Part shown: in pieces, positions 1 to 11,690 of the stretch
Numbering within the stretch: the stretch's first letter is position 1
Layout of the letters: every line of letters starts with the position of its first letter
Assembly (NCBI GenBank): GCA_965237525.1
Contig: CBDEFO010000008.1
Coordinates: forward strand, 192,001 to 256,000
DNA length: 64,000 nt
Origin: Candidatus Latescibacterota bacterium
GTDB taxonomy: Bacteria > Latescibacterota > CBDEFO01
Reading direction: 5' to 3'
Translations under genes and position numbers: made by a program
The notes under the pieces: generated by a model
What the model saw: only the letters and a program-made list of their open reading frames with translations
The model's database searches: none
Told to the model about the DNA's origin: nothing

Positions 1-107
1 AAAGTCTCTAAAGGTCAAGGTGTTCTGTACCCTTCGTGCAGCCGACACTTACATCACAGAAGATGCTCCGGTAGTGTTCGCCTGAAAATATGGAAACCAC
101 ACATTTG

Positions 108-677
108 CTAATAGAACAGAAAGTTGAGGGCGGATATCAGGAAAAACGCCATTATCGAAAATCTGAATGTCCGTTCGTTCAATCTTCCCACTATAAACTT
201 TCCTAACATGACTCCCAATGCGCCTGCAAAAGCCGCTATTGTGCCGATGATTAAAACCTTCTCATCGTAGAGTCCAATTTGAGAGTAAATAAATATCTTC
301 GGAATCATCATAGACAGCGCAATCGCTCCAAGTGTTCCGACTAAAGATTCTTTCGAGAGTCCGTACGCCAAAAGGAAAGGTGCCATAATCGGTCCAAACG
401 TGTGCATAATCCCCGAGATGTATCCCGCAGGAAGAGCCGCAAGTGTAAGTCCGCCAACACCGACTCTAAAATCCCTTCCCTTTTTCATCGTTTGAGACGC
501 AATGTATAAGACCAACAGGGAGCCGACTATCCTTTTCAGAGCTTCTGAGGGTAGATATACCAGGGAATAAGCCCCCACTATGCTCCCGAAAATGCTCCCT
601 GTCAAGGAGACCCCTAACGCCTTCAAATGCAAATCTTTGCGAAATGCATACGTCCTTACGGCGTTGGTAAATACTAA
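108..677 (-). pseudogene. TauE/SafE (TSUP) family membrane protein, 5'-truncated by IS1182 copy 1
   Basis: Hydrophobic ORF with GYISGIMHTFGPIMAPFLL motif; the first ~60 aa of ORF 108..857 are IS sequence; no TSUP N-terminus beyond the other IS end. Confidence 0.75.
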
Positions 678-2196
678 AAGCCTTGTGAAATAGTTATGTC
701 CCAGGCAGCGTCTGAAGCGCCGATTATGGGTCAAAGAGTAGCATATCGTATCGTTTTGCTGTGGAATAAGCAAAATAGTCTTATCAGAGTTCTGGTCAGC
801 AAGGAACAGGAGCTGTTTGAAGAACAGGATGCACTGTCTTTGACAGACAGGGCACACATAGACGCTTTCCCCCTTCTTATGAAAGATACAAGCCTCTTGA
901 GATTCTGTACTGTTGCAACAAGATTCAACTGTTCATTCAGTGAGGCTGGTCCTCTGTAACGGGCTCGTCCCATACCGTGTTGTTGCCTGGCTTCAGCAAA
1001 GATATGTTCACTGCGTTTACGGAGTCTCCGGGAGAGTTTGTAGTCAGCTGTTAATGAGATAGACCGTGCATGATTTCTGGCTTTCGCCTCTCGCACTTTT
1101 CTATCCCGTTCGGCCTGAATATGTGCTGAATTTGTCTTGTTTTTCCATGTAGGAATCGGTTCAATCTTCTCATCGGCTCGCAGAGGAATATGGGGTATGA
1201 TTCCCCGGTCAAGTACATCAGCGATAAAATTACCAGAACCGTAACCGGTATCGGCACTAAGTGTCTGAATGTCTTTGGGCATGGTCTATGTTTCAAGGTC
1301 ATCTACCATCTTAAGGGCACTTTCGGGCTCTGCTGTCCCTGTCGCCTGCGTGCCCTGAGTCTCAAGGATTACTCTGCTTTTTGTGTCGATCAGATCATGG
1401 CCCATAAACGAGAGAAAAGCCCCTTTGCCCTTCGATTTGCTGTATAAGCGCGCGTCGGGGTCTGTAGTCGAACGGTGTGTTTGGTTCGTCCACTTTTCAC
1501 CATGAAAGTCTTTATCCTGAGGATGCCCGGACCTACCCTTTGTCTTATCACCTTCAAAACCGATTCCCTTGAGATAATCATCAAGAGAAACAGGGGGTTC
1601 TATCGGCTCAATACTTTTCACTGAAGCATCAGCTTGTATCTGAGTGCCGTCGACACTAAGGTGTTTACCGCTCACAACACCGACATCTATGCAACACTGG
1701 ACTACCTGACGCATTATCCGTTCAAACAACCCACTGGATGCCCACTTGTGATTGCGAAGCTTGTTGATCGTGCTCCTATCCGGAACCGCATCATCAAATG
1801 TCTGATGACAAAACAACCGATATGCCGCATGCATCCCCACTTCCTGACAGAGCCGATTCTCACTCAAATTATACAGATAGCCAATAAGGATCATTCGAAC
1901 AACTAATTCAGGATCAATACCGGGTCTGCCATTGTCAGGGCAATAACAATCTGATACAACGTCTCGTACAAATGAAAAATCAACTGCCTCATCAATCTGA
2001 CGAAGGATATGATCCTCGGGAACTAAATCCTCCATCTGAAAATAGTGAAACATCGGATTTGTCTGTTCCTGCTTTTGTGGGGTCATTGTTTCCTCCATGT
2101 ATAATATTATCAATAACATAATATAATACATCGGAGCTGCTTTATCAATGCTTGTTCTATACTACTTTCTGAATCTAAGGGTTTTTCACAAGGCTT
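678..2196 (-). mobile_element. IS1182-family element copy 1 (1519 bp)
   Basis: Terminal IR AAGCCTTGTGAAA; CTAA at 674-677 and 2197-2200; near-identical to copies 2-4. Confidence 0.92.
731..2131 (-). pseudogene. IS1182 transposase with internal TAG (1286-1288)
   Basis: TAC in the other copies is TAG here; ORFs 1286..2131 and 731..1282 share a frame. Confidence 0.9.
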
Positions 2197-2267
2197 CTAA
2201 TACGATTGGACTTTGCTGTTGAGAGTTATCGATTTCAATTCATAAGGAAATTGTGGGGGTGTACGCT

Positions 2268-4550
2268 ATGAGAAACGGGCACTTTAAAGAGATTCTGATT
2301 AGCCTCTTGGTAGTTATCTCTTGTGTATTCGGGATGAATACTTATGCCGATGCTGCTGTAATCAGTGATGTTAAGGTCTGCAATCTTAAGGGGAGAGGCG
2401 CGACGATTACGTGGCTTACCGACGTTGCAGCGATAGGGGAAGACAGTGTACGCGTGGTCAACCCTTCCATCGCTCTAAACGCTGTGTTCACTGCGTCCAG
2501 AATCGGCTTCAACACTCACCTTGTGGATATAAGTGGACTAACTCCTAGTACTACCGGCTATTCGTTTGAGGTAATATCAGAAGGAGCTGAAAGCAGTGGT
2601 ACATTTGATACTCCAGCTGAGTTTGGTAATGCTCCGCAGACGGCTACTGTGAAGGTAATCAACCAGGACAGCACGGATGCTGAGGGAGTTTTAGTCTCAA
2701 CAATCGTGACTGACCTTTCCTTAGCTGGTCCTCCTTTCAATATTAAGTTACCCTCGTTGCCTATATGCGGCATCACTGGTCCAACTGGAATAGCTGTTCT
2801 TTCTTTGGATTTAGCAGTTAAAGAGGCTGGCCTGGGAAATATGGCGTTTAACGCAGCCTCCACAGGTGGATTCGATCTCATACTTGAGGCAAAGGACGGT
2901 AAGGGCAACAGCGCTTCGTCCGGTCCTTTCGTTACGCCTATAAATATAAATGTCGATATAGACACTCTTCGATTGAGCGCAGCCATAGAAGTGGTTATAC
3001 CTCTCCCAGAGGGATTGACCCTGATTTCGCCCCCAGTAGAGCCTAAAAATACTTTCACTTCCCATACTTTGCTTCCCTTGATACCGAATTCGAGGGAGAT
3101 AGACAGGTGGGACAATGCTGCAGGTAGATTCAGGCCTGTGGTGAGAGATGTGATCACAGGGAATATAATAACGCCGATAGACCAAGCGTTCGATGTAGCA
3201 GCGCCTGAGGGGTTCTTCGTTAAGGTCATATCCTCCTCCGCAGTAACTTTCAGTGGACTACCCATAACGATTCCCCTAAGCCTCACCTTACCTGAGGGGC
3301 TAACTCTCATAGGTGTTCCGTTACCTCTCGGCTTTACCTCTCATACGTTGCTTCCCTTGATAGCGAATTCGAGGGAGATAGACAGATGGGACAATGCTGC
3401 AGGTAGATTCAGGCCTGTTGTCAGAGATGTGATCACAGGAAATATAATAACGCCGATAGACCAAGCGTTTAATATCAACTTAGGGGAAGGCTACTTTGTT
3501 AAGGTAGTTGCCTCCACTGTGTTTACGCCTCCTACCTCAGCTCCCAAAGCTATTGCTCCAGAGCTGTACGAAGATTTTAGAAGATTTGAAGAAATCAGTA
3601 CTAATGTGTTGCCTTCTGAGGTGAAAGTATCTAATGTCACCGATCTGGGCGTCACTGTGTCGTGGCTAGGCGCTGAAAACCATTTGGCGCAGGTGCAGTA
3701 CAGCACCGATCCTGATTTGTCTTATTACGAGTCTGCATATGATGCAATGGAGGCAGAATACCCTGATGATATACACTGGGTGGATATACCGAGACTGTCT
3801 CCCAGTACGAGGTATTATTTCAGAATCTTGCCGTTGGATCCGAATGACAAACGTGAGGACAAAGTCAGATCGTTTACCACTACTCCTCGCCTGAACTCGA
3901 TACCATATCCTAACACAATTTACGGTAAGGTGATAGAGGAGGGCGGAAAGGACATAGGCGTTAGGGGAGTGGTCTATGCAAAGGTCATCCACAAGGGAAG
4001 AGAATCATATCCCGTATCGGCTACAACTTCTGCAAGTGGATATTGGTCTCTTAGTTTGGGTCATTTAAGGGATCGTGAAAGTGGTGATCTGTTCCGCTAT
4101 TCGAGTGGAGATGCGATAGTTTTGGAGTATTATGGTCTGTCGGGACGGTATGGAATTCAAAAGGCTGAGGTGGAAACTGATACTCCTCAGGATGTAGGTG
4201 AACTTATCGTGACAGACACAATAACGTTGAGAGTGCCCGGTTTCGACGGGGTTGATGGAAGTGACATCCCTCAGGCTTACGTTCTACACCAGAACTTCCC
4301 CAATCCGTTCAACCCCGAAACAGAGATCAGCTACGATATCCCTGAAGACGCTCACGTTTCACTCAGGATATACAATGCCTTAGGACAGTTAGTCAGAACG
4401 CTTGTGGATGGGAATCAAAAGACGTCTCACTATGTGGTGAGGTGGGATGGAAGGGACGATAAAGGGACTGATTTGGCCAGTGGAGTTTACTTCTACAGGG
4501 TCTTGACCGATAACTTTGCGAGCACCAAGAGAATGTTGCTTATGCGATAG
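2268..4550 (+). CDS. Secreted modular protein: Fn3-like domains, internal duplicated module, FlgD-Ig/T9SS-like C-terminal domain
   Basis: Signal peptide ending ADA; QNFPNPFNPET...WDG...SGVY C-terminus. Confidence 0.85.
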   Translation: MRNGHFKEILISLLVVISCVFGMNTYADAAVISDVKVCNLKGRGATITWLTDVAAIGEDSVRVVNPSIALNAVFTASRIGFNTHLVDISGLTPSTTGYSFEVISEGAESSGTFDTPAEFGNAPQTATVKVINQDSTDAEGVLVSTIVTDLSLAGPPFNIKLPSLPICGITGPTGIAVLSLDLAVKEAGLGNMAFNAASTGGFDLILEAKDGKGNSASSGPFVTPININVDIDTLRLSAAIEVVIPLPEGLTLISPPVEPKNTFTSHTLLPLIPNSREIDRWDNAAGRFRPVVRDVITGNIITPIDQAFDVAAPEGFFVKVISSSAVTFSGLPITIPLSLTLPEGLTLIGVPLPLGFTSHTLLPLIANSREIDRWDNAAGRFRPVVRDVITGNIITPIDQAFNINLGEGYFVKVVASTVFTPPTSAPKAIAPELYEDFRRFEEISTNVLPSEVKVSNVTDLGVTVSWLGAENHLAQVQYSTDPDLSYYESAYDAMEAEYPDDIHWVDIPRLSPSTRYYFRILPLDPNDKREDKVRSFTTTPRLNSIPYPNTIYGKVIEEGGKDIGVRGVVYAKVIHKGRESYPVSATTSASGYWSLSLGHLRDRESGDLFRYSSGDAIVLEYYGLSGRYGIQKAEVETDTPQDVGELIVTDTITLRVPGFDGVDGSDIPQAYVLHQNFPNPFNPETEISYDIPEDAHVSLRIYNALGQLVRTLVDGNQKTSHYVVRWDGRDDKGTDLASGVYFYRVLTDNFASTKRMLLMR

Positions 4551-4627
4551 AAGACCATTAGGATATTTGTCTGTTCTCACAGTGATGGATTTCATCTTAA
4601 ATGTTCTTGAGAAGGGAGGCTAAAAAG

Positions 4628-7600
4628 ATGTCTAAGAATTTTAAACTGTTAGCAGCACTCACGGGCATACTTCTGGTAGCTTATGTAAGTGCTAATGCCG
4701 CTGTAATTAGCGATGTTAAGGTGTGCAATCTTACGGGAAGAGGAGCTGATATTACTTGGCTTACCGACGTGGCGGCTACAGGAGAGGACAGTGTACGCGT
4801 AACGAATACTTCCGTTTCCTTGGATACTGTGTTCACTGCCTCCAGAATCGGTTTCAACACTCACTCTGTGGGTATAAGCGGCCTAACTCCCAGTACCGCA
4901 GACTATGTGTTCCAGATAATATCTGAGGGAGCTACCACAAGCGCTGATACCTTTGCTACTCCTGCCGAATTTGGCAACGCTCCACAGACTGCCACTGTGA
5001 AGGTAATTAACAAGGACGGTACGGATGCTGAGGGCGCTCTGGTCAGCGTGATTATTAATGACCTTTCTCTCTTCAATCTTAACCCTGCACTTTTTCCTAA
5101 GTTACCCTCTTTCCCTATATGTGGCATCACTAGTTCAAGTGGTGTAGCTGTTCTTTCTTTGGATTTAGCAGTCAAAGAGGCCGGTCTGGGCAATATGGCG
5201 TTTAACGCGTCCTCTTCCGGAGGGTTTGACGTCACACTCGAGGCAAAGGACGGCAAGGGCAATAGTGCTTTGTCCGGTACTTTCGTCACGCCAATAGATA
5301 TAAATGTTAACATAACTACCCTCCAATTGGAACCACCTACAATCCCCATAATCAATGTCTCTCCTGCCTCACTCAATTTCGGCCTTGTGGAGGTCACTAA
5401 CTCCAAAAGGGATACTGTGACCTTCCAGAACATAGGCGAGGATACGCTGGATATTAGTGGACTTCTCGACGTTGCAGCTCCGTTTAGAATTATATCGCCA
5501 GGAACACTACCAGATCTATCCAGTCCTATTTTAGTTCCGCCTAATTCCACGATAGAAGTTGTTATAGAATGTAGTCCTACCACTACTGGTTCTTTCCTGG
5601 GTACTCTGGTCGTTATAAGCAACGATTCTACGGGGAATGCTATCTTAGACATACCTTTAAGTGGAACGGGTCTTGCATCCGATATCGAAGTCTCTCCGAC
5701 GAACGTAGATTACGGTGTTGTGCTAGTAGGCAACAGTTTGGGTAGTACGATAAAAATTAAGAACTTAGGCAATGCGAATTTAGTCTTAGGGGCTTTGTCC
5801 CTTACAGGCACTAATGCAGGTGAGTTTTCGATTCAAGTTCCTCCAAGTTCGGTCGTTGGTCAAGGGGATAGTACTGAGGCTACTATCAGGTTCTCACCTA
5901 CGTCGGGCGGCACGAAGAATGCCACCTTAGTCATTCCGAACAACGATCCTGACGCCGCTGACGGTACTGTGTTTGTTGCCTTAATAGGTGTGGGCGGAGA
6001 ACCGAATATAACGGTAGTAAATACGGTGGATTTTGGCAGTGTAAGCACTATCGGAGCTCCTAAGGATATTGACTTGGAGATCCTAAGTGACGGCGGTCTA
6101 CAGTTGGCGATCAGTGCTGTGGTGCTTACACGCCCAGGTGCTGCGGCTTATACGTTGCTGGATACTCTGGATGGGGTTACCCTCCCTGCACTAACAGGAA
6201 AGGATACACTGGGGATAAGATTTGCCCCGACTAGTGTGGGTCCCTTCACAGCAGATTTGACTATCTTCAGCGATGATCCTGATACACCGGCGAAGACAGT
6301 TACCTTACTTGGTACTGGAATTGAGCCTGATATAGATGCGGCTCCGTTTGATTTCGGACCTGTGGAGGTAGACAGCTTTAAAACAGATACCTTGACGGTA
6401 AATAACGTCGGGACAGATACCCTGAATGTCTCCAGCATGACTTTGGTGTCAGGGACGTCTGTGACGTTTGATATGTTCTTCTCTAGTCCAGTAGCCATCG
6501 CTCCGGGAGAATCGTTCAAGGTAGGAGTTCAATTTACTCCCCAGTCCGTGGGAACTTTTACAGATACTGTGGTTGTCGTAAGCAACGACCCTGACGGTGC
6601 TTTCAAGGTTCCTCTGATCGGAGAGGGCGTTGGTGTACCTCCTCCCTCTGCTCCTCAGTTTGGTGAGCCATTTACAGTAACCTTAACAGGTGTAGACAGT
6701 AATACTACTATCTTAGCCAATCCAGGCGAGGAGTTTTTTATTGAGTCACGGGTAAGCGAGGTAACCCAGGGCATATTCGGCTTCTCCACTAAATTTGGGT
6801 TTGACCCGAACGTTGTAGAGTTGGTTACAGTTTTTGGTCAACCGGTTATAAGCCTCACACCGAACGTATTGCCCCTTAACCCCACACCTTCTGGCGGCCT
6901 GGTATTTGGCACAACTGATACTCTTAGTATGGGTGCCGCCGCATCCATAGGTATTGGGGCTACGCCGGTCAGCGGTACAATTCTCACGATTAAGTTCAGG
7001 GTCAAGAGCACTGCTAATCCTGGTGATTCTAGTCCTCTCAACTTAGTTAGTGCTGTAGTGGGTGTAGATACTACGCTAGATTTTGGAACCTTTACTGGCA
7101 TAGATATTCCTGCCGAGACTCTTATAAGCGCGGTGTTGCAGGTTTCTAGGAACATCACCGGTCAATCCGTTGTGGATGACGTAAAACTCGCGCCGACTCG
7201 TACAGGCGCCACTGTGACTTACGGTGGAGCGACTCTCGGTATAGCGAGTGTGACAGGCCCGGTTTCTGTCCTTAGGGTCGTCCTTGAATCTGACGTAGCA
7301 GGTGAGGGTGTTGACACCGTTAGAGTGAACATAAACAGGGTCGACGTGGGTGTTGGAATAGATAATCCAAGCACATATATAGCTTCTCCTGCTACTGATG
7401 CTACCCTAAGCGGCGTTGCTATATATAGAGACGATGGTGATAATGTCTTTGAGAGGGAAGTGGATACTCCTGTTAACGCAGCCAGTATCGCTTTTACTGA
7501 TACGATAGCAAGCGTTAGTGCTGATAGTATTTTGACAATCACCTTAGATTTTCCTGATGGCGTCCTTCCCATAAATCCCAATCCGTTGACGTTCTTTATC

Positions 7601-10600
7601 GTCGTCAGAGGTGGAGCTGGGATAAGTAACGGTGATCAGTTCACATTCAGCACGAACCTTTCGGATTGGGTATTTAGCGGTTTTTCGAGAGGAAGTTTCA
7701 CTGCCACTTCTGCTGTCATAACCGGTGATGTAAGCGCTCCTACTATATCTGCGGGCAATGCAGTAACGGTCGACGATGACAGCGATGGACTTTTAGACGG
7801 TCTGAAGATAACATGGAGTGAGAGCATCGCCGATATGAGCTTTGCCAACTTTGCCAGCGCGACGGCTAATTTTGACGTGACAGCGGGTACTACACTCATA
7901 GATGCTGGATTAGCCGCCGATCCTGACGGGGACGATGGGACGTTCACAGCTGCTAATAGGCTGCCCAAAATAGATCCAAACGGTCCTCCTCGCACTTCGG
8001 ATACCATAAACAACAACATCACCTTCATCACCTTCATCACCTTCCAGGAAGACCCGGGATCACCTGCGGATAAGCTCCTCAGTGCACTTAATACGGAGGC
8101 AGCACCCGCTTTAAGTATGGCAGGGGCAACAGTAACCGACCTTGCGGGCAACCCTCCTGGGGCTATTGTCGGATTTGCTTCGATAGACGCGGCTCGTCCT
8201 GTGGTCTACCAGAGCCTCTATCTGGACGCAGACGTTGACGGCAAGATAGATGAGGTGCAGGTCCAATTTTCCGAGGACATTGACGCTGCCACCTTTGCAG
8301 ACAACGACGGATGGAGTGTCGCGGGGTTTGCGTTCTCGAGCAATCCCGTTCTCATAGGGGCTGCTGCTTCTGTAGATCCCCCGGTTTCACCAACCGGAGG
8401 CGCTTTCGATGTCGCCAGGCTATTACTTACTGAGAAGGCTGACTTTAACACGAGCATAGACCCTGCAGTGGATCAGGTGACTTATAGCGCTGCTGCAGCC
8501 GATGTGGCAGATCTAGCGGGAGTTGCTCTTAACAACGTGTTTGTAGGAACCTCTAAAGAGGTTGATAAGGCCAGTCCGATTTTGATCGATGCGACCACTA
8601 AAGATGTTGTTTCTACCGAACCCAGAGGTCAGATAGACCGGTACACAATTAGATTCACCGAAGCTGTGAATCTAGCGGCAGGAGATTTTGTTATTCTGGA
8701 TGACTTCAATATTGCCGGGTTAGGTTCAGGCGCCGGTACCAGCACAGTCGATCTTACCATCACCGAGGCAGGCGTAGTAGATACTGGAATCAAGCCAGGG
8801 CTCGCCGTAAATATTGCAAATGTTGAAGACAACGCGTTAAATAGGCTGGGACAAGTTGATGCAAACAGTCTGGTCGCTCCTTCGGCCGATGCACTCCCCG
8901 GTACTGGCGAAATCCTCATTCCTGACTCAAAGCGCTTCGACGGTGCTCCGCCCTTGATAAGGAAGAGGGGTGCAGCAGCCGTCGGTGGGGATGCTGTGGT
9001 TACGGGAGACAGCAACAGGGATGGCAGGCTCGATCAGATTGTGGTGGAGTTTACTGAGATCATGCCTGTTGGTGGCGATTACGTTACTGGGGCCACCATT
9101 GAAGGACTCGTTATTTCCGGCGCCTCGCGGACGGCAGCCGATCAGGTGACCTATACGTTGACAGTAGCTGCAGGCGATCCGCCTAACACAGACGCTGTGC
9201 CCGACTATCTCTATAGCACGGCTACGGGAGCCATATTAGATCCCGCCGGGCTGGAGTTGGTGGATATCGGGAGCGCCGATATTACGGAGGTGGATGGAGC
9301 TGCTCCGGTCCTCGTGGGCGCTGTCACAGATGACGCTGACGGAGACGGAAAAATAGATAAATACGTTATCACTGTAAGTGAGCCTATATCGATAGCTGGT
9401 GTTGCGGACTCGCTAAGAGCAGGCCTGGGAGTTGCGGGTCACCTCGATACACTCGCCACCCTGGATGCAACTAAGGAGATTATCACCTTACTCTTCGTTG
9501 AAACAGCCGTGACAACGCTGGGAGATTTCGATACTGGAGTGACCCCTGAAGTTACTTATACCCGAGCTACAGTGCAGGATGTGGATGGCGAGATCAAGGA
9601 TCTTTCAGGCCCCGGCGGTACGGCTAGTATTCCTATGGAGGATATCACTGCTGACAATGCCGTTCTGACAGAGACCGACGGCGCCAGACCCGTTACTGTT
9701 CTCGCTGCTGATGATACCTCAAGCACAGGGGACAGAAACAGCGATGGCTTTATAGATCAGTTCACGGTGACCTTCAGCGAGCCTGTGACGGCGGACAGCG
9801 GTAACATCGGCATAACCGTTGATGCCACTGCTTCGGGCAACACCGTAACCCTCAGTGAAGTCTTGAGCGGCGGCGGCACCAACGTTGTGGTCTTCGGCGG
9901 AACTTCCGACGGACCCGCAACATCCGGAGATCCTGATACGGAGGACACTCCGCTCTTTGACTATATCGAGACCGGATCTATTCGTGATATATCTGCTGCT
10001 GAAAATACACTTCGAGCTGCTGCCGATCAGATAACGATAGATGAGGCCAAACCCGTTATTGTCTTTGCGACGGGAAGGGTGCAGGATACAGAACTGAAGC
10101 TAAAGTTCTCCGAGGCTGTTCGCGGCACTGGAGCCGGGGGCGATGTGGCTGTACCTGACTTATCCTATCTGGATGTTAGCTTAAGCAGAGCCGGAAGCAT
10201 CGTCGCTGTGGAAGATGAAGCAGCAGCTATCAATGGGGACGATGAACTCATAACAGTCAGTGTGGATAGTAGTTTTATCATTCAAGATGTGGTACAGGAC
10301 TCCATTTCGTTCTCTCCGTCAGTTGCGGATTCCGCCTTGAGCCTTGTTACTGATGCCGCGTCTGTGCCTAATCAAGCGCTGGCCATCCTCGTCACGATTT
10401 CTGTTCCTAAACTTTTTGTGACATTAATTAATCCCACTTCTGGAACGCAATTGGGAGGAAAGTCTGTGGCGATATTAGGAGGCAATTTCCAGAGTGGTGC
10501 AACCGTCACGTTCGGCGACACGTCAGCCACAAATGTAGTTGTAGCCTCCCCTGATACCGTTACTGCTGCGACCCCTGCTCATCCTGTCGGTAATGTGGAC

Positions 10601-11548
10601 GTGATAGTCACAAATCCCGACGGTCAGGCAGATACACTCTTTAACGGATTTACTTTTGTATTGTTAGGGGATGTCAGTGGCAACGGAGAGATAACGGCAT
10701 TTGATGCTGCTTTGGTGCTTAAATCTGTAGTCGGTCTCTTTGTAATCTCTGACACTGTGGCAGCAGACGTAAGTGGAGACGGCACCATAAGTGCCTTTGA
10801 TGCCTCTTTGATACTCAGGTTCGTTGTTGGGAAAATAACTCAATTTCCCGCCCAGACAGGAGGCATCTCTAAGGCTGTACTTGGCGAGAGGATTATAAGT
10901 TTAGGTAATATAAAAGCTTTACAGGATCGACGTTTTGCCGTTCCTATTCTCATAGACGAAACGGACGGTGTCTTATCAGGTCAACTTGAACTATCTTTAG
11001 ACCCGACAAAGCTTAAAGCCGTAGATGCTACGGTATCCGACCTGACCTCTGACTATCTTTTGGCTCATAATGCTCAAAATGGCAGAATAAGGCTATCCTT
11101 TGCCGGTGTAGAATCGGTTAACGGCAGCGGTAGTATCGCCGAGATCATATTTGAGCCAATAGGTTCTGAAATTGACGTTATTGGTGAGGCTGGTCTGATC
11201 TCCGCCCAATTGAACGAAGGTCTTTTCAGTGTGATTATTTCCCAACATGGAGGCATCTCCGATCTTCCTGACAGCTATTCATTGCATCAGAACTTCCCCA
11301 ATCCGTTCAACCCTGAGACAGTGATCCATTACTACCTTCCTCTTCAAAGCCACGTGGACATATCTGTCTATAATATAACCGGACAGAAGGTTGTGACACT
11401 GGTGGACAATCAGATGGACACAGGCAGTCACTCTGCAGTGTGGAATGGAGAAGATGACAACGGAGAAAGTCTTGCCAGCGGAGTGTACCTCTATCGGATG
11501 GAGACGGATGGATTTGTCAAGACAAGGAAGCTGGTCTTGATGAAATGA
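4628..11548 (+). CDS. Giant secreted protein (~2300 aa): Fn3-like, four ASH/choice-of-anchor D Ig domains, cohesin, Asp-rich repeats, IPT/TIG, dockerin, cohesin, FlgD-Ig CTD
   Basis: RBS GGGAGG; signal peptide; repeated FGxV...NxG...F-P...SND; dockerin GDVSGNGEITAFDA / ADVSGDGTISAFDA; QNFPNPFNPET. Confidence 0.88.
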   Translation: MSKNFKLLAALTGILLVAYVSANAAVISDVKVCNLTGRGADITWLTDVAATGEDSVRVTNTSVSLDTVFTASRIGFNTHSVGISGLTPSTADYVFQIISEGATTSADTFATPAEFGNAPQTATVKVINKDGTDAEGALVSVIINDLSLFNLNPALFPKLPSFPICGITSSSGVAVLSLDLAVKEAGLGNMAFNASSSGGFDVTLEAKDGKGNSALSGTFVTPIDINVNITTLQLEPPTIPIINVSPASLNFGLVEVTNSKRDTVTFQNIGEDTLDISGLLDVAAPFRIISPGTLPDLSSPILVPPNSTIEVVIECSPTTTGSFLGTLVVISNDSTGNAILDIPLSGTGLASDIEVSPTNVDYGVVLVGNSLGSTIKIKNLGNANLVLGALSLTGTNAGEFSIQVPPSSVVGQGDSTEATIRFSPTSGGTKNATLVIPNNDPDAADGTVFVALIGVGGEPNITVVNTVDFGSVSTIGAPKDIDLEILSDGGLQLAISAVVLTRPGAAAYTLLDTLDGVTLPALTGKDTLGIRFAPTSVGPFTADLTIFSDDPDTPAKTVTLLGTGIEPDIDAAPFDFGPVEVDSFKTDTLTVNNVGTDTLNVSSMTLVSGTSVTFDMFFSSPVAIAPGESFKVGVQFTPQSVGTFTDTVVVVSNDPDGAFKVPLIGEGVGVPPPSAPQFGEPFTVTLTGVDSNTTILANPGEEFFIESRVSEVTQGIFGFSTKFGFDPNVVELVTVFGQPVISLTPNVLPLNPTPSGGLVFGTTDTLSMGAAASIGIGATPVSGTILTIKFRVKSTANPGDSSPLNLVSAVVGVDTTLDFGTFTGIDIPAETLISAVLQVSRNITGQSVVDDVKLAPTRTGATVTYGGATLGIASVTGPVSVLRVVLESDVAGEGVDTVRVNINRVDVGVGIDNPSTYIASPATDATLSGVAIYRDDGDNVFEREVDTPVNAASIAFTDTIASVSADSILTITLDFPDGVLPINPNPLTFFIVVRGGAGISNGDQFTFSTNLSDWVFSGFSRGSFTATSAVITGDVSAPTISAGNAVTVDDDSDGLLDGLKITWSESIADMSFANFASATANFDVTAGTTLIDAGLAADPDGDDGTFTAANRLPKIDPNGPPRTSDTINNNITFITFITFQEDPGSPADKLLSALNTEAAPALSMAGATVTDLAGNPPGAIVGFASIDAARPVVYQSLYLDADVDGKIDEVQVQFSEDIDAATFADNDGWSVAGFAFSSNPVLIGAAASVDPPVSPTGGAFDVARLLLTEKADFNTSIDPAVDQVTYSAAAADVADLAGVALNNVFVGTSKEVDKASPILIDATTKDVVSTEPRGQIDRYTIRFTEAVNLAAGDFVILDDFNIAGLGSGAGTSTVDLTITEAGVVDTGIKPGLAVNIANVEDNALNRLGQVDANSLVAPSADALPGTGEILIPDSKRFDGAPPLIRKRGAAAVGGDAVVTGDSNRDGRLDQIVVEFTEIMPVGGDYVTGATIEGLVISGASRTAADQVTYTLTVAAGDPPNTDAVPDYLYSTATGAILDPAGLELVDIGSADITEVDGAAPVLVGAVTDDADGDGKIDKYVITVSEPISIAGVADSLRAGLGVAGHLDTLATLDATKEIITLLFVETAVTTLGDFDTGVTPEVTYTRATVQDVDGEIKDLSGPGGTASIPMEDITADNAVLTETDGARPVTVLAADDTSSTGDRNSDGFIDQFTVTFSEPVTADSGNIGITVDATASGNTVTLSEVLSGGGTNVVVFGGTSDGPATSGDPDTEDTPLFDYIETGSIRDISAAENTLRAAADQITIDEAKPVIVFATGRVQDTELKLKFSEAVRGTGAGGDVAVPDLSYLDVSLSRAGSIVAVEDEAAAINGDDELITVSVDSSFIIQDVVQDSISFSPSVADSALSLVTDAASVPNQALAILVTISVPKLFVTLINPTSGTQLGGKSVAILGGNFQSGATVTFGDTSATNVVVASPDTVTAATPAHPVGNVDVIVTNPDGQADTLFNGFTFVLLGDVSGNGEITAFDAALVLKSVVGLFVISDTVAADVSGDGTISAFDASLILRFVVGKITQFPAQTGGISKAVLGERIISLGNIKALQDRRFAVPILIDETDGVLSGQLELSLDPTKLKAVDATVSDLTSDYLLAHNAQNGRIRLSFAGVESVNGSGSIAEIIFEPIGSEIDVIGEAGLISAQLNEGLFSVIISQHGGISDLPDSYSLHQNFPNPFNPETVIHYYLPLQSHVDISVYNITGQKVVTLVDNQMDTGSHSAVWNGEDDNGESLASGVYLYRMETDGFVKTRKLVLMK

Positions 11549-11690
11549 GCTTCTTTATTTATTTATAACCGTCTTTAGCCAGCAGATGAGGAGGTGACAC
11601 AAATTCACCCGGGTTTGGGTACTACAACGCAGCAATATAGGTAATTGCACACTCATTTCAGTTAATGATTCTCAATGAAAGGATAGCCTG
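11549..11690 (+). repeat. Intergenic spacer duplicated at 14667-14805
   Basis: Near-identical ~140 bp between a CTD stop codon and the next start codon. Confidence 0.9.
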
